Source: Podarcis muralis (taxonomy: Eukaryota). From it: a DNA stretch of 64,000 bases. This document shows, piece after piece, positions 43,553 through 55,200 of this stretch (position 1 is its first letter; every line of letters begins with the position of its first letter). The position numbers and the translations under genes are program-made. The notes beneath the pieces are model-generated. The model was not told where the DNA came from, did not search any database, and worked only from the letters and a program-made list of their open reading frames with translations. The DNA lies in NCBI RefSeq assembly GCF_964188315.1, contig NC_135667.1, forward strand, positions 9,424,001 to 9,488,000, in the 5' to 3' direction.

Positions 43553-46500
43553 ATGAAAGAGAATTTGTGTTTACAAAGAACTTTTGCTGCCAACATGTTG
43601 AGAATGACAATGCTGCTACTTCTTCTGCATCCCATTGTCTGTCAAGTAGATATTATGAGATGTCTCGGAGATGATTCCCTCCCTGTTCCACATGATTTCT
43701 ACCAGGCAGGTGGCCTCCTCATTGGTGGGATCATTTCTCAGAACTCTTATTTTTTCAATGAAATCTCTTTCAGAGAACATCCGTCTCAGACAATATTTGA
43801 TGTTCCACAGTAAGAATCCCCATTTGCATCTCCTGAATGCATTGCATTTTAGTTGTTAATAGTAAATACTGTTTCTGCCAATGTGAAAACTTGCACAAAA
43901 AGATGGACAGGCAAGCAAAGAAGAGTATTCACTTGTTTATCTTTCTGGAAAAAAGAAAATGTTTATTTCTTCTCTCCTCTGGCCTCTTGGTATCAACTGA
44001 GTGCTCTTATAATGTCTCAAATCAAGTATACTTAAGGGACCATGTATGGTCTTTCAAATATAAACAAAAAAGTGATTGATTTGTGTAGGAAAGGATAGGT
44101 TGGGAAGTCGAAAGAAGATTATAACAAAATGTTGAATCTATGCAAAATATAATTTGAAAAATTCATAAATAAAATACAAAAAGATGTGAGTACACCTACT
44201 GGAATGGCCAACGAGAGGGAGAAATGGATTGTTATATTTTACTGAGGAGATCACAAAATGTGTCAAGGCCGTAAAAATAACATATGGCAAGTATGTTCTG
44301 TTGCATTCTATATTAGAAGCATTATTTAGCTGAAAATGATTTATTAGCCATGGGATATTGGAAACAAATAGGAAAGATTTCCCAAAATTCTGGTACTGTG
44401 ACAACCACTACAACATTACATTCATGCAGATACACACATGGCATCAGAATACTGACTTTTCCACTCTATGTCATTTTGCACAATCAACTTTTCTTCTGAA
44501 GAGGATGGTGTGGCACTGAGGGGAGGGAATCACAAATATAAAATATAGTCCAATTTTCTGATTCAGTTTTTCATTTCTTTTCTTTCCTTTTTTATTTTTT
44601 CTTAATTTTTAAATTGTTTTAAAACAATTTAAGTTTTAAATTTGTTTTTTAAAAAACAAAACACAATATGAAACAGTCAACAAAAATGATCCAAAATTGA
44701 TACTCTTTACAAAAAAATAAAAATAACAAATAAGTTCACACATGATTCCAACATGTGGTTCCTAAATTACATTTTGACTGCATACTTAACTTTATTCAGT
44801 TGTGCTAATTTTGTAAAGTTCTCTTATTTCATGCAGATGTCAGTTCAGGCCTGCCAAAGAATTTAGATTTTTACAATAATTGGACCAGAATACTGCCTTT
44901 TCCTTTCTATGTCTTTTGCACAATTAACTTTTCCACCGAAGAGGATGGTGTGGCAATGAGGGGAGGGAATCACAAATATAAAATACAACCCAATATTTTT
45001 ATTTGGTTGCTCATAGGAATTTCTAGTATAATAGCATCAGGAATTTGTTCATTATAGACTCATCGTTTAAATTAATGAAATCAACTCTCTTGGCAGTGTG
45101 GTGACCAAGTTCTACTCACACATCCTGGCTCTGGTGTTTGCCATAAATGACATCAACAAGAATCCCAAGATGCTACCTAATGTCACACTTGGTTTCCACA
45201 TCTCTGATAGCTATCATGATGCAATGATGACCTATCGCACCACACTGGATCTGATCTTCAAGTCAGATTATTTTCTTCCCAACTATGAATGTGGGTCACA
45301 CAAAAGCCTCTTGGCAATTATTGGAGGACTTGGCTCTGACACCTCTTTTCATATGAGGGACATCACAGGTCTCTACAAGATCCCACAGGTAATATATATT
45401 CATGGGGGTGTGGGGATTATTATTACTCAACTGGGAAGTCTACAAGAAAGAAGCAATATTATTAAAATCACTTTCATTGAAAAAGACTCTTCATAACTCA
45501 CTTGATGTTATCCATTTTCTTACAGCTTACATATGGTTCATTTGCCCCAAATGAGATCCAAAGTATGGAAGGCCCTCCTTTTTACCGCATGGTTCCGAAT
45601 GAAAACATTCAGCATATGGGCATTATCTGGCTACTTCAGCATTTTAGGTGGACATGGGTGGGGCTCTTTGTGGTGGAGGACAAGAGTGGAGAGCAATTCC
45701 TTAAAATACTGGAGTCATCGTTTTCCAGACATGGAATCTGTTCAGCCTTCACAAAAAGAATTCCACAAGTAGCTCGTATGGAGGAGCTTTTAAATCACTT
45801 TCATTACGCAAATTTAATTAGTGTGTCTTTCACAGATTATAAAGCCAATATAAATATTGTATATGGAGATCCTGTAACAATTCTATGGCTGATAACTTTT
45901 ATAGGTTCACAATATAATGGAACCAATGAAAACAAATTATTTGGGAAGGTGTGGATTATGACCACACAGATAGACTTTGCATTATCTGGGATTTCAAGAG
46001 GGCTGGATTTCCAGATGTTCCATGGTGCCATTTCCTTCACAATTCACACAAAAGAGGTTACAGGGTTCAGGGAATTTCTTCAGAACATAACGCCAAAGAG
46101 GACTCAAGGAGATGGCTTTCTGAAAGATTTCTGGGAGCAAGCCTTTGACTGTTTACTTCCAGATCCAGGGATGCCTGCAATGGACGATGACACATGTACT
46201 GGAGAGGAGAGGCTGGAAAGTCTCCCTGCGGGTCTTTTTGAAATGCACATGACTGGCCAGGGCTACAGCATCTACAATGCTGTATATGTTATTGCTCATG
46301 CTTTGCATGCCATGTACTCATCTAGATCCAGGCACAGACCAACCGTGGTTGGTAGCAGTGTTGACGTTCGGCCCCTGCAGGCTTGGCAGGTAATAGCTCC
46401 ACAACAAAATCTTCTTGCTACAATGAACAGATTAAGTAATACAAGTGGTGCCTATATCCAGTTTCCTAAACCTTGTATAACTGATCAGAAAGTTTTTTTT

Positions 46501-49500
46501 TTTTTCAGAGGTAGGATCTGTGGGTGAACATTTCTTCCTATAACTAAAGCTTGCAATCTTTAGCATGTTGTTATGCGATTGTGTTCTATTTTTCTTTCTT
46601 TCCTTCTTTCCTTCTTTTTTTAAAAGTGTTTTTATTAACAATTTCAATATAACAAATTATCAAAACATATCATATTCAATATTTCCCCCTCTTCCCCCCT
46701 TCAACCCCCCCCAAGGACTTCCCTCAACTCCTCTCTCTGATTTCCCAGCACATATTATTCTCTGCATATTATGAAATTATACATATCCTTACATTATCTA
46801 TCTAACCTGCTATCAACCAATAAATTTGTGTATGTTTTTTTCAAAACCTGCCAAGGAGTCCAGTTCATTGTCCAGTTCATTTTAGATAATTTGTAAAAAG
46901 CTCCCATTCTTCCTTAAAGTCACAGTTGTCCTTGTTCCGCAATTTGTATGTCAATTTAGCCAGCTCTGCGTAACTCATCATTTTTTCTTGCTACTGTTCT
47001 TTTGTTTGGATTTCCTTGTTCTTCCATCCTTGTGCTATCAAGACTCTTGCCCCTGTTGTAGCATACATCAATAAGTTTTTTTTGTTTTTCTTGGCAGGTC
47101 TTGTCCTACAATCCCTAACAAAAATGCTTCTGGGTTTTTTTTTTACAAATGTCATTTTAAACATTTTTTCAATTCATTGTATATCACTTCCCAAATTTTT
47201 TATAACTTCTCTACATTCCCACCACATATGATAAAAAGTCCCTTCTTTATCTTTACATTCCCAACATAAGTTTAACCTGGTTTTGTACATTTTTGGTATC
47301 TGTACTGGTGTAATATACAATCTATACATCATTTTCATATAATTTTCTTTCAAAAGAGAACAATCTGTAAATTTCAAATTTACTTTCCAGAATTTTTCCC
47401 AGTCCTCAAATTGTATAATTTGTGCTGTTTCTTGTGCCCACTTTCTTTCCTTCTTTCAATCAGCTCCACCTCTTTCTTCAAGGCATTTCATTCAACAACT
47501 CAGTTGGAGAAACAATGGCCTTTGATGATAAATGGGAAATGGGTTGTGGCTTTGACATAACAAACATGATTACATTCCCAAACAAGTCATTCCAGAGAGT
47601 GAAAGTTGGAAGGGTTGATACCAATGCACTTGATGGAAAAGTATTCATGATCAACGATGATATAATTGTGTGGCCAAGATGTTTTAATGAGGTATTGATG
47701 CTGTAATTTCCTTGGTGAACTCTTGGTGGTTGATAATGATATAAGAACTTCTCTTTTCTCTAGAACTTGGCTTTGCAATGGGCTACCAAGCTGAATGGAT
47801 TGTAAATTGCCTTCATTGTTCTTGGTGTTTTTTAAAAAAAAACCAAACAAACAAACACTGAAAGCATCTTTTCCAAACCAATTCCCAAAATTAAGTGCTA
47901 CTTACAATAAAAAGCTTGTAATCTTTTTTTGTCTAATTCAGATACTGTAGACTTTGGCCATTATGTTATGAGGAGATATGAAGAATTTTATCTTCTAAAA
48001 CTAGATTCTCCCTCAGTGAGAGAGGAGACATTTTCCTTTCTTAGTTGTCTAAAGTGATCTATTTCACTTTACTCATTTTCAGTTCATGTCATCTGCAAAC
48101 ACAAATTTGGTAATTTCTGTTACTGTGGTCTAAGGCAAGCATGTCCAAAGTCCATTTTGGGGGCCTAATCCGGCCTGCCAGTCAGTTTAATCCGGCCCCT
48201 GTGGCAGTTTATTTTTTATTTCCTGGAGTAAAATCCTTCAATCAAAAAAAAAAGTTCAACAACTTAGGGGTGAAATCATAAAAAAAACTCATCGATTTCA
48301 ATCCTAAAAAAAGGTTAACAACTTTGGGTGGCCCTCATGGCCCTTCACTTCATCAAATCTGGCCCTTTTTGAAAAAAAAAGTTTGGACACCACTGGTCTA
48401 AGGCATCAGGCTACAGAAGCAAATGATGATTCACTCCTCCTGCATATTTAATTAGCTCTTTCAACAATTTTCTACTACTTAACTTCACATTTACTGATCA
48501 GTATACAGCAAAGTTGGAAACTGGAAGCTGGACGTAGGGATGAAATCAAATAAAATTAGACATAATTTTCTTCCATACTAATCTTCCTTCTCTTTTGTGG
48601 ATAGGCGCTTCCCATTTCTTTATGCAATGAACACTGCCAGCCTGGTAATCAGAAGAAAAAAAAGGAAGGGGAGAAAGCTTGCTGCTATGATTGTGCTCTG
48701 TGCCCAGAAGGGAAGATTTCTAACCAGACTGGTAGATGATTAAATTCTAGCACCATAAGGGCTAATTTACTTTCTTGTGTCTAATAAATTGACACTGAAA
48801 CGGGACCTTTTTTCTGTTTTTCAGATGTGGATGACTGTTTCATATGTCCAGGAGCTCAGTATCCAAGCAAGAATAAGGATGCTTGCACCCCCAAAGTTAT
48901 AACCTTTCTGTCATATGATGAACCTTTAGGGATCACTTTAATCTCAGCTGCAGTTTCCTTTTCTCTGATCACAGCCCTCGTGTTTGGAATATTTATTAAG
49001 CACAAAGATACGCCAATGGTGAAAGCCAACAACCGGGACCTCTCATATACTCTCCTTGTCTCCCTCTTGTTCTGTTTCCTATCTTCTTTGTTATTCCTTG
49101 GCCAACCCGGGAAAGTGACCTGCCTTCTCCGACAACCAACTTTTGGCATCGTCTTCTCAGTGGCTGTTTCTTGTGTGTTGGCAAAGACCACCATAGTTTC
49201 TCTAGCATTCATGGCTACAAAACCAGGATCTAGAATGAAGAAATGGGTAGGGAGGAAAGTGTCCTATTCAATTGTAATTTGCTGTTCACTTGTTCAAATA
49301 TGGCTTTGTACTGTGTGGCTGGCAACCTCACCTCCATTTCCAGATTTAGACATGTACTCAGCAAAGGAAGAAATCATTCTGCAATGTAATGAAGGGTCAG
49401 TCGTCATGTTCTACTGTGTCTTGGGCTACATGGGTCTTCTGGCCACCACCAGCTTCATTGTGGCATTCCTTGCCCGCAAGTTGCCTGATAGTTTTAATGA

Positions 49501-49726
49501 AGCCAAATTCATCACTTTCAGCATGTTGGCCTTTTGCAGTGTATGGTTGTCCTTTATTCCAACTTACCTGAGCACCAGAGGGAAAGGCATGGTGGCTGTG
49601 GAGATCTTCTCCATCTTGGCCTCCACTGCTGGGTTACTGGCTTGTATCTTTTGTCCGAAATGCTACATCATTGTGCTGAGGCCAGAGCTGAATAGCAGGG
49701 AGCAACTGATAAGGAGAAAGCATTGA
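43553..49726 (+). CDS. V2R gene E, intact, 889 aa; closest paralogue of C
   Basis: Exons 43553-43809, 45097-45388, 45526-46389, 47464-47691, 48605-48731, 48825-49726. GT-AG; 2670 nt, in frame. Confidence 0.93.
46611..47440 (-). mobile_element. L1-clade LINE, 5'-truncated, in intron 3 of E
   Basis: Minus-strand [41 protein letters not shown]; perfect 17-bp TSD CTTTCTTTCCTTCTTTC (46594-46610, 47441-47457). Confidence 0.9.
48136..48395. mobile_element. hAT-Charlie-like MITE in intron 4 of E
   Basis: TIRs CAAGCATGTCCAAA / TTTGGACACCACTG; perfect 8-bp TSD GTCTAAGG. Confidence 0.88.
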
Positions 49727-50378
49727 GGAAAGTCCCTCCCCTTTTTATCATATTGTTACACATCCAATGCATATAATTCAAAATGAGACAGAAAGAAAAA
49801 GAAACATAAAAAAGGAAAATGAAAGGTTAGATTCTAAACAACAAAATGTTGAATGGTTTTGATTTCCAGCTCCCATTATCCCTAGTCAAGCATGAGAGAT
49901 AGAAAAATAAACATTATATAAAATTGGATGTACCTACAAATTGTTTTGTAATATACATTATATGAATATTTATTAACATACAATTGTCACTGTTGCAACA
50001 GGGACTTTTTTGCCTTTCTAGATTTTGGTATGTTATTTATTGCCAGTTCAAAATATATTAGGGTTGCCATACATCCACGAAATCCCTGATAAGTCCTTTT
50101 TTGGAGGGCCTACATCCCCATCAATGGGGATTTTTGCATTTTATAGGAAATGTCTGGGATTTTGGGGGGGGGGGGTTAACTGTGCCGCAGAATCAGAAGC
50201 AGTTGCCTTGGCCAGAGGTGACTGTGTGTGAGGCCTGAGTGCTACCTGTGTCGCCACTAGGCCCTTATGCGTTTTTCCTGGCTTTAGTTACAGATGGGTA
50301 GCCGTGTTGGTCTGCCATAGTCAAAACAAAAAAAATTCCTTCCAGTAGCACCTTAAAGACCAACTAAGTTAGTTCTTG

Positions 50379-50416
50379 GTATGAGCTTTCGTGTGCATGC
50401 ACACTTCTTCAGATAC
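50379..50416 (-). ncRNA. Minimal type-I hammerhead ribozyme motif (minus strand)
   Basis: Exact reverse complement of 50424-50461. Confidence 0.8.
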
Positions 50417-50423
50417 ACCCTGT

Positions 50424-50461
50424 GTATCTGAAGAAGTGTGCATGCACACGAAAGCTCATAC
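50424..50461 (+). ncRNA. Minimal type-I hammerhead ribozyme motif (plus strand)
   Basis: Stem I GTAT/ATAC; core CTGAAGA 50428-50434; stem II GTGTGC-AT-GCACAC; GAAA 50450-50453; palindromic AGCT mini stem III; predicted cleavage after UC at 50457. Confidence 0.8.
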
Positions 50462-50559
50462 CAAGAACTAACTTAGTTGGTCTTTAAGGTGCTACTGGAA
50501 GGAATTTTTTTTTCCTGGCTTTGTTTGGGAGTGACTGCAAAGGAAGCCACTGTTGGTAG

Positions 50560-51153
50560 TTTGGGAATGTTCAGGGTGGCAGGAGAGGATATATTGTTTA
50601 TTAATACCCTTCCTAACTTGCGTTAGCAAGTTTCTTTACTTAGCAGAGTGCATTCCCCTTTACACAGCACAGCAGATAGCTGGTTGCAGGCTCGTGTAAA
50701 TCTGATTGCTATTCAATTCAGCCTGTCTTAGATTGAATAGAAACAAATGTGTATATCTTGAATAACAACAGGAGGTGGTCGGCTGGAGCAATTAACCAAT
50801 TAAACAGGTTTATTTTATAAGTATTAACAAGTTTATGGTTTCTCAGATAATGTTCTTGTCAGTTTCTTAACTTTAGTTTCTTTACCGGCCTATACCTTCC
50901 TAATACCTTCTGACTGATTATCTCAACTGTTTGACTGACTCCTCTTAACAGATTCTCTCACTCTCTCACACCAGACTAGCCCAACCCACAGACTTATCCT
51001 CTCCGTCTCTCCTCTAACTCCATACTGACTTCTTAAGGACTCTAACTCTAATTCCTCCCCTTGGGTTCCTATTGGTTAGTCATTTTACAATTAGTTAACC
51101 CTTTCCTTATGAACACAGTATGATGTCACACATCAAGGAGGGTGAACGCCACA
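50560..51153 (-). mobile_element. Possible solo LTR (left boundary uncertain)
   Basis: Minus strand starts TGTGGCG at 51153, with CCAAT and AATAAA (~50809-50814). Absent from the paralogous C-D spacer. No TSD found. Confidence 0.35.
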
Positions 51154-51277
51154 CCTTCCATTCTTCCAAATCTTTGTCTGTAAAGTAGAATTAATTTTTA
51201 AATTCCTTTCCTCCCTCTCCCCCAATTTCATTTTTAGCTAAATTCTCCTCCCTTGATGTCTGAGGGATTAAAATCAG

Positions 51278-51279
<2 letters not shown>

Positions 51280-51334
<55 letters not shown>

Positions 51335-51543
51335 ATACTGAACTGAGAAAACATGGTTGTGAGATAGGCTGCAATAAACTTCAATGAATTCATGAGATTT
51401 ACTTCAGATCAAATATGGTTATGTTTGTATTCATGGATGCCTTTGCCACGGGCTATTAGCCACTTCATTAACTTTGTATTTAAAATGCCACAAGGTACTT
51501 TGTTGCTTTTCCTGCAAAAGAGTAACAGGGCTTCCCCCTTTAG

Positions 51544-51592
<49 letters not shown>
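51280..51592. repeat. Two (TC)n microsatellites (51280-51329, 51547-51592)
   Basis: Read directly; both absent from the paralogous region upstream of D. Confidence 0.9.
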
Positions 51593-51597
<5 letters not shown>

Positions 51598-51943
51598 ATA
51601 AAAGGAAAATACAGGGAAGATTATAGATTTGTAAATGAGGCACATGTTGATAGATGAGATATGTATGTCTATTGTGTGATACATTTAACACTCATCCGTG
51701 GAAGAAAAAAAGGGAGAATTGTTTGAAATACACCAAGCACAGTGGAACAGTAAATATCCCCCCCCCCCCCGCAAAAAAAAGGGTGTGTGAATGCTGGAAT
51801 AGATTGTATGAATGTCGAAACAGATTGAGAGACAATCATACATCTTTAGGTGTAGGGCAGGTGAATGTGGTTCAGCCAAAATAGTCACGCTGGAGTTTGC
51901 TCACCACAGAAATCTGCAAGAAACTTTTTCTCACCCCTTTAGG

Positions 51944-52117
51944 GAGAGAAGGCTTCTGTCAGAAATCAACATGTTTCCTAGCAAAAGTGTTACTCAGAAT
52001 CTAAACCATGAAGAAGTAATTATCTCCTCCTGCAATTATCCAAATGCTATAATTTGTTTCCCTTGCTGAAGTTTTCCAGAAGGCAGGAGAAAACAGTCAG
52101 TAAGCACATGTGAAAGT
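51944..52117 (+). promoter_or_regulatory. Conserved V2R upstream module, gene F
   Basis: TAATTA at 52017, CAATTA at 52033, GTGAAAGT at 52110. Confidence 0.5.
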
Positions 52118-52290
52118 TGTTATAAATAAACCACTGGGCATAGGGGAGATGGGATTAGGTGCAAGAGGCAAGTAGGGTCCAACTTTGACACATATTTGGA
52201 ATTAAATAGCTGCCCATTCCAGACAGTGCTAAATGTAAGGCTAATGATTTTCTCATAGATTGGGATGAAACCATCAAATCAAATCTATTA

Positions 52291-55200
52291 ATGCTAGGCA
52301 GTGGGCTAGTTATGGAACAAGAATTTTTGCATGTAGAGAGATACTGTGCTTTCAGAATGCTGTGCGTAATAGTGTGGCTCATTCTGTTGCTTCTTATGGT
52401 GTGCGAAGTGAATGCTGTAAGGTGCCCCCCAAGTGACCCGCTCCCTGTTCCACATGAGTGGTACCAGCCAGGGGGCCTCATCATTGGTGGGATGACTTCT
52501 CATACGTATTATGTTAACACTAAAGTTGATTTCAAGAAGCATCCTTCTCTGAACGTTTTTGACGTGCCACAGTAAGTATTGTTTTCCCCGCGTGTATTTT
52601 CTGAGCTTAATGCATTTTACCAAGTTTAGAGTGGAAAGCAAAAATGTGGGTTGGGAATGACATTTAGTTCTCTGTGGATATTTTTTAAAAATTTTATGAA
52701 ATGTTCACATTTCCTGAGGTTGTCCGTTTTCAGTGCAATGGGGAATCCAAGCAGCAATCCAAACAGGGACCCAAATGATTGTCTTCTATTGATTCAGTTG
52801 GAAGGTTGAGTGGGTAGAATCCAGGATCCTGAATAGTTCAGATGGGAAAGTTTAGACAGGTAAAAATAGATGGAAAATTGAATGCTTGTAATTGAAATAA
52901 GAAAGTCTGAGCAAGGTGATAAACAAGCCAAAATAAAAGGGAAAAGGAAACTGAAGCAGGAAAAAAAAATCTTTCCAAAATGTCTATGAGCCCAGCCTTA
53001 AAATGCTGCTCTGAGAAGCTTAAAAATCTGAAGGCAAACTGGTTTCCCAAGAAGCAAAATACTGATAGCAAAACCTAAATGCAAAAAATAAAATGAAATA
53101 AAGCCAAGACAGCACTGAAGTGCAGCCTCTCTTTGACCAGGCAATTTATTTTTATTTTACTTCACTAATTATTTGAGGGAGGGCCATATTCGTAAGCTTT
53201 ATCAGAGTAATAGAGCCACTCCCGTCACTGGGCATGATCTCATATTGACTAAAGTCTTGCAAGGCTTTCTGATGACATGTTCCAGGTATAACAAATCAAT
53301 TATATTGGCAGTGTGGTGACAAAGTTCTATCAGCACCTGCTTGCTTTGGCATTTGCTGTGAAGGAGATCAATGAGAATCCCAAGATCTTGCCCAATGTCA
53401 CACTTGGGTTCCACATTTACGACAGCTACTGTGATGCAAGGATGACCTACCGTACCACGCTGGACCTGCTCTTCAAGTCACACAGATTTGTCCCCAACTA
53501 CAAATGTGACAGCCAGAAAAACCTTATAGCTATCACAGGAGGACTTGGCTCTCATACCTCCCACTGTATAGCTGACATCATTGGCCTCTACAAGATTCCT
53601 CAGGTAGGATTTTTATTGGGGGGGGGGGCTGGGGAAATCCAAATTCCACACATTTCTATCTAACAAAATATTTGGTCCCCTGAAGCATTCTTGAACTTAT
53701 ATCCTGTGAAATCCATATTGTACCCTCTTCAGCGCTATCTAACCAAATCTATCTCTCTCTGTCATAAAAAGGCATTTACACAAGACTAATCTTCAGTTTT
53801 CTTTATGATATATCTATGCTTTTTCCTTTCAGCTCACATACGGCTCCTTTCCCCCAAAGATGGACAGTGATGACACACAACTCCCTTACTTTTACCACAT
53901 GGCTCCAAATTTAGTCCATCAGTATATGGGGATTATCCGGCTTCTTCAGAGGTTTAGGTGGACATGGGTTGGGCTCTTTGTTGTGGATGGGAACAGTGGA
54001 GAACAATTCTTGCAGACCATAGAATCATTATTTTTCCAGAATGGAATTTGTTCAGCATTCACCAAAAGAATGCCAGAACAAGCCCAATTGGATAACCTTC
54101 TGGACATACTTGCCATAGCTTTACCTGTATATTTACCATTAACAAATAAAAACCCCAGTACATTTATCATGTATGGAGGATCAATGACAATTTCAACATT
54201 CAGAACTTTTGTATTTATTCAAGATGCCAACAATTATAACAACACAGTATTTGGAAAAGTGTGGATTATGACAACCCAGATTGATTTCATTTTAACTGGC
54301 CTTCAAAGGAGTTTGGATCTCCAGTTGTTCCGAGGTGCCCTTTCCTTTACAATTCACTCAGAGGAGCTTCTAGAGTTCAACCAATTCCTTCAGAACATCC
54401 AAACACAAAGGACCAAAGGAGATGGCTTTTTGAAGGACTTCTGGGGGCAGGCATTTGACTGTTTCTATCCTGATCCAGGTATGCCTGTCAAGGATGATGG
54501 AACATGTACTGGAGAAGAGAGGCTGGAAAGTCTCCCAACAGCTGTTTTTGAAATGCACATGACTGGCCACAGCTACAGTATCTACAATGCTGTCTATGCT
54601 TTTGCTCATGCACTGCATTCTATGTTCACATCTAGACCCAAGCACAAAGAAAGTAATAGTATGAAGCATCAATCTATGCAGCCTTGGCAGGTAATGCCTC
54701 AATAACTAAACTGTTTATTTCAAGGGATTAATTAATACATGGTGAGATTACAGTCTTATCTGTGTATTCCTGGAAGGTGGGGATGTTTCAGCAAGCCCTG
54801 CTCACAGTCCCTATCTTAACAACATATGAACATAAGAGGACTTGTAGATCCGACCAAGGGACGCGGGTGGCACTGTGGGTTAAACCACAGAGCCTAGGAC
54901 TTGCCAATCAGAAGGTCAGCAATTCGAATCCCTGTGATGGGGTCAGCTCCCATTGCTCGGTCCCTGCTCCTGCCAACCTAGCAGTTCGAAAGCATGTCAA
55001 AGTGCAAGTAGATAAATACCTTCCAGCGGGAAGGTAAACGGCGTTTCCGTGCGCTGCTCTGGTTGGCCAGAAGTGGCTTAGTCATGCGGGCCACATGACC
55101 CGGAAGCTGTACAGCCAATAAAGCGAGATGAGCACCACAACCCCAGATGGTCAGGGGTCAGGGGTCCCTTTACCTTTACCCCAGATGGTCAGGGGTCCCT

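Larger units (their letters stand above)
50286..50508. mobile_element. Penelope-like element remnant: inverted pseudo-LTR pair
   Basis: AGTTACAGATGGGTAGCCGTGTTGGTCTG followed by a perfect palindrome (arms 50328-50418 and 50422-50512); 14-bp flanking direct repeat TTTTTCCTGGCTTT (50272-50285, 50509-50522). Confidence 0.85.

Noticed and set aside
48827-48829. ORF-track starts at GTG/TTG (e.g. 1341, 2238, 22081, 48827)
   Set aside because: Internal codons or intron sequence; real exon starts are set by AG acceptors.
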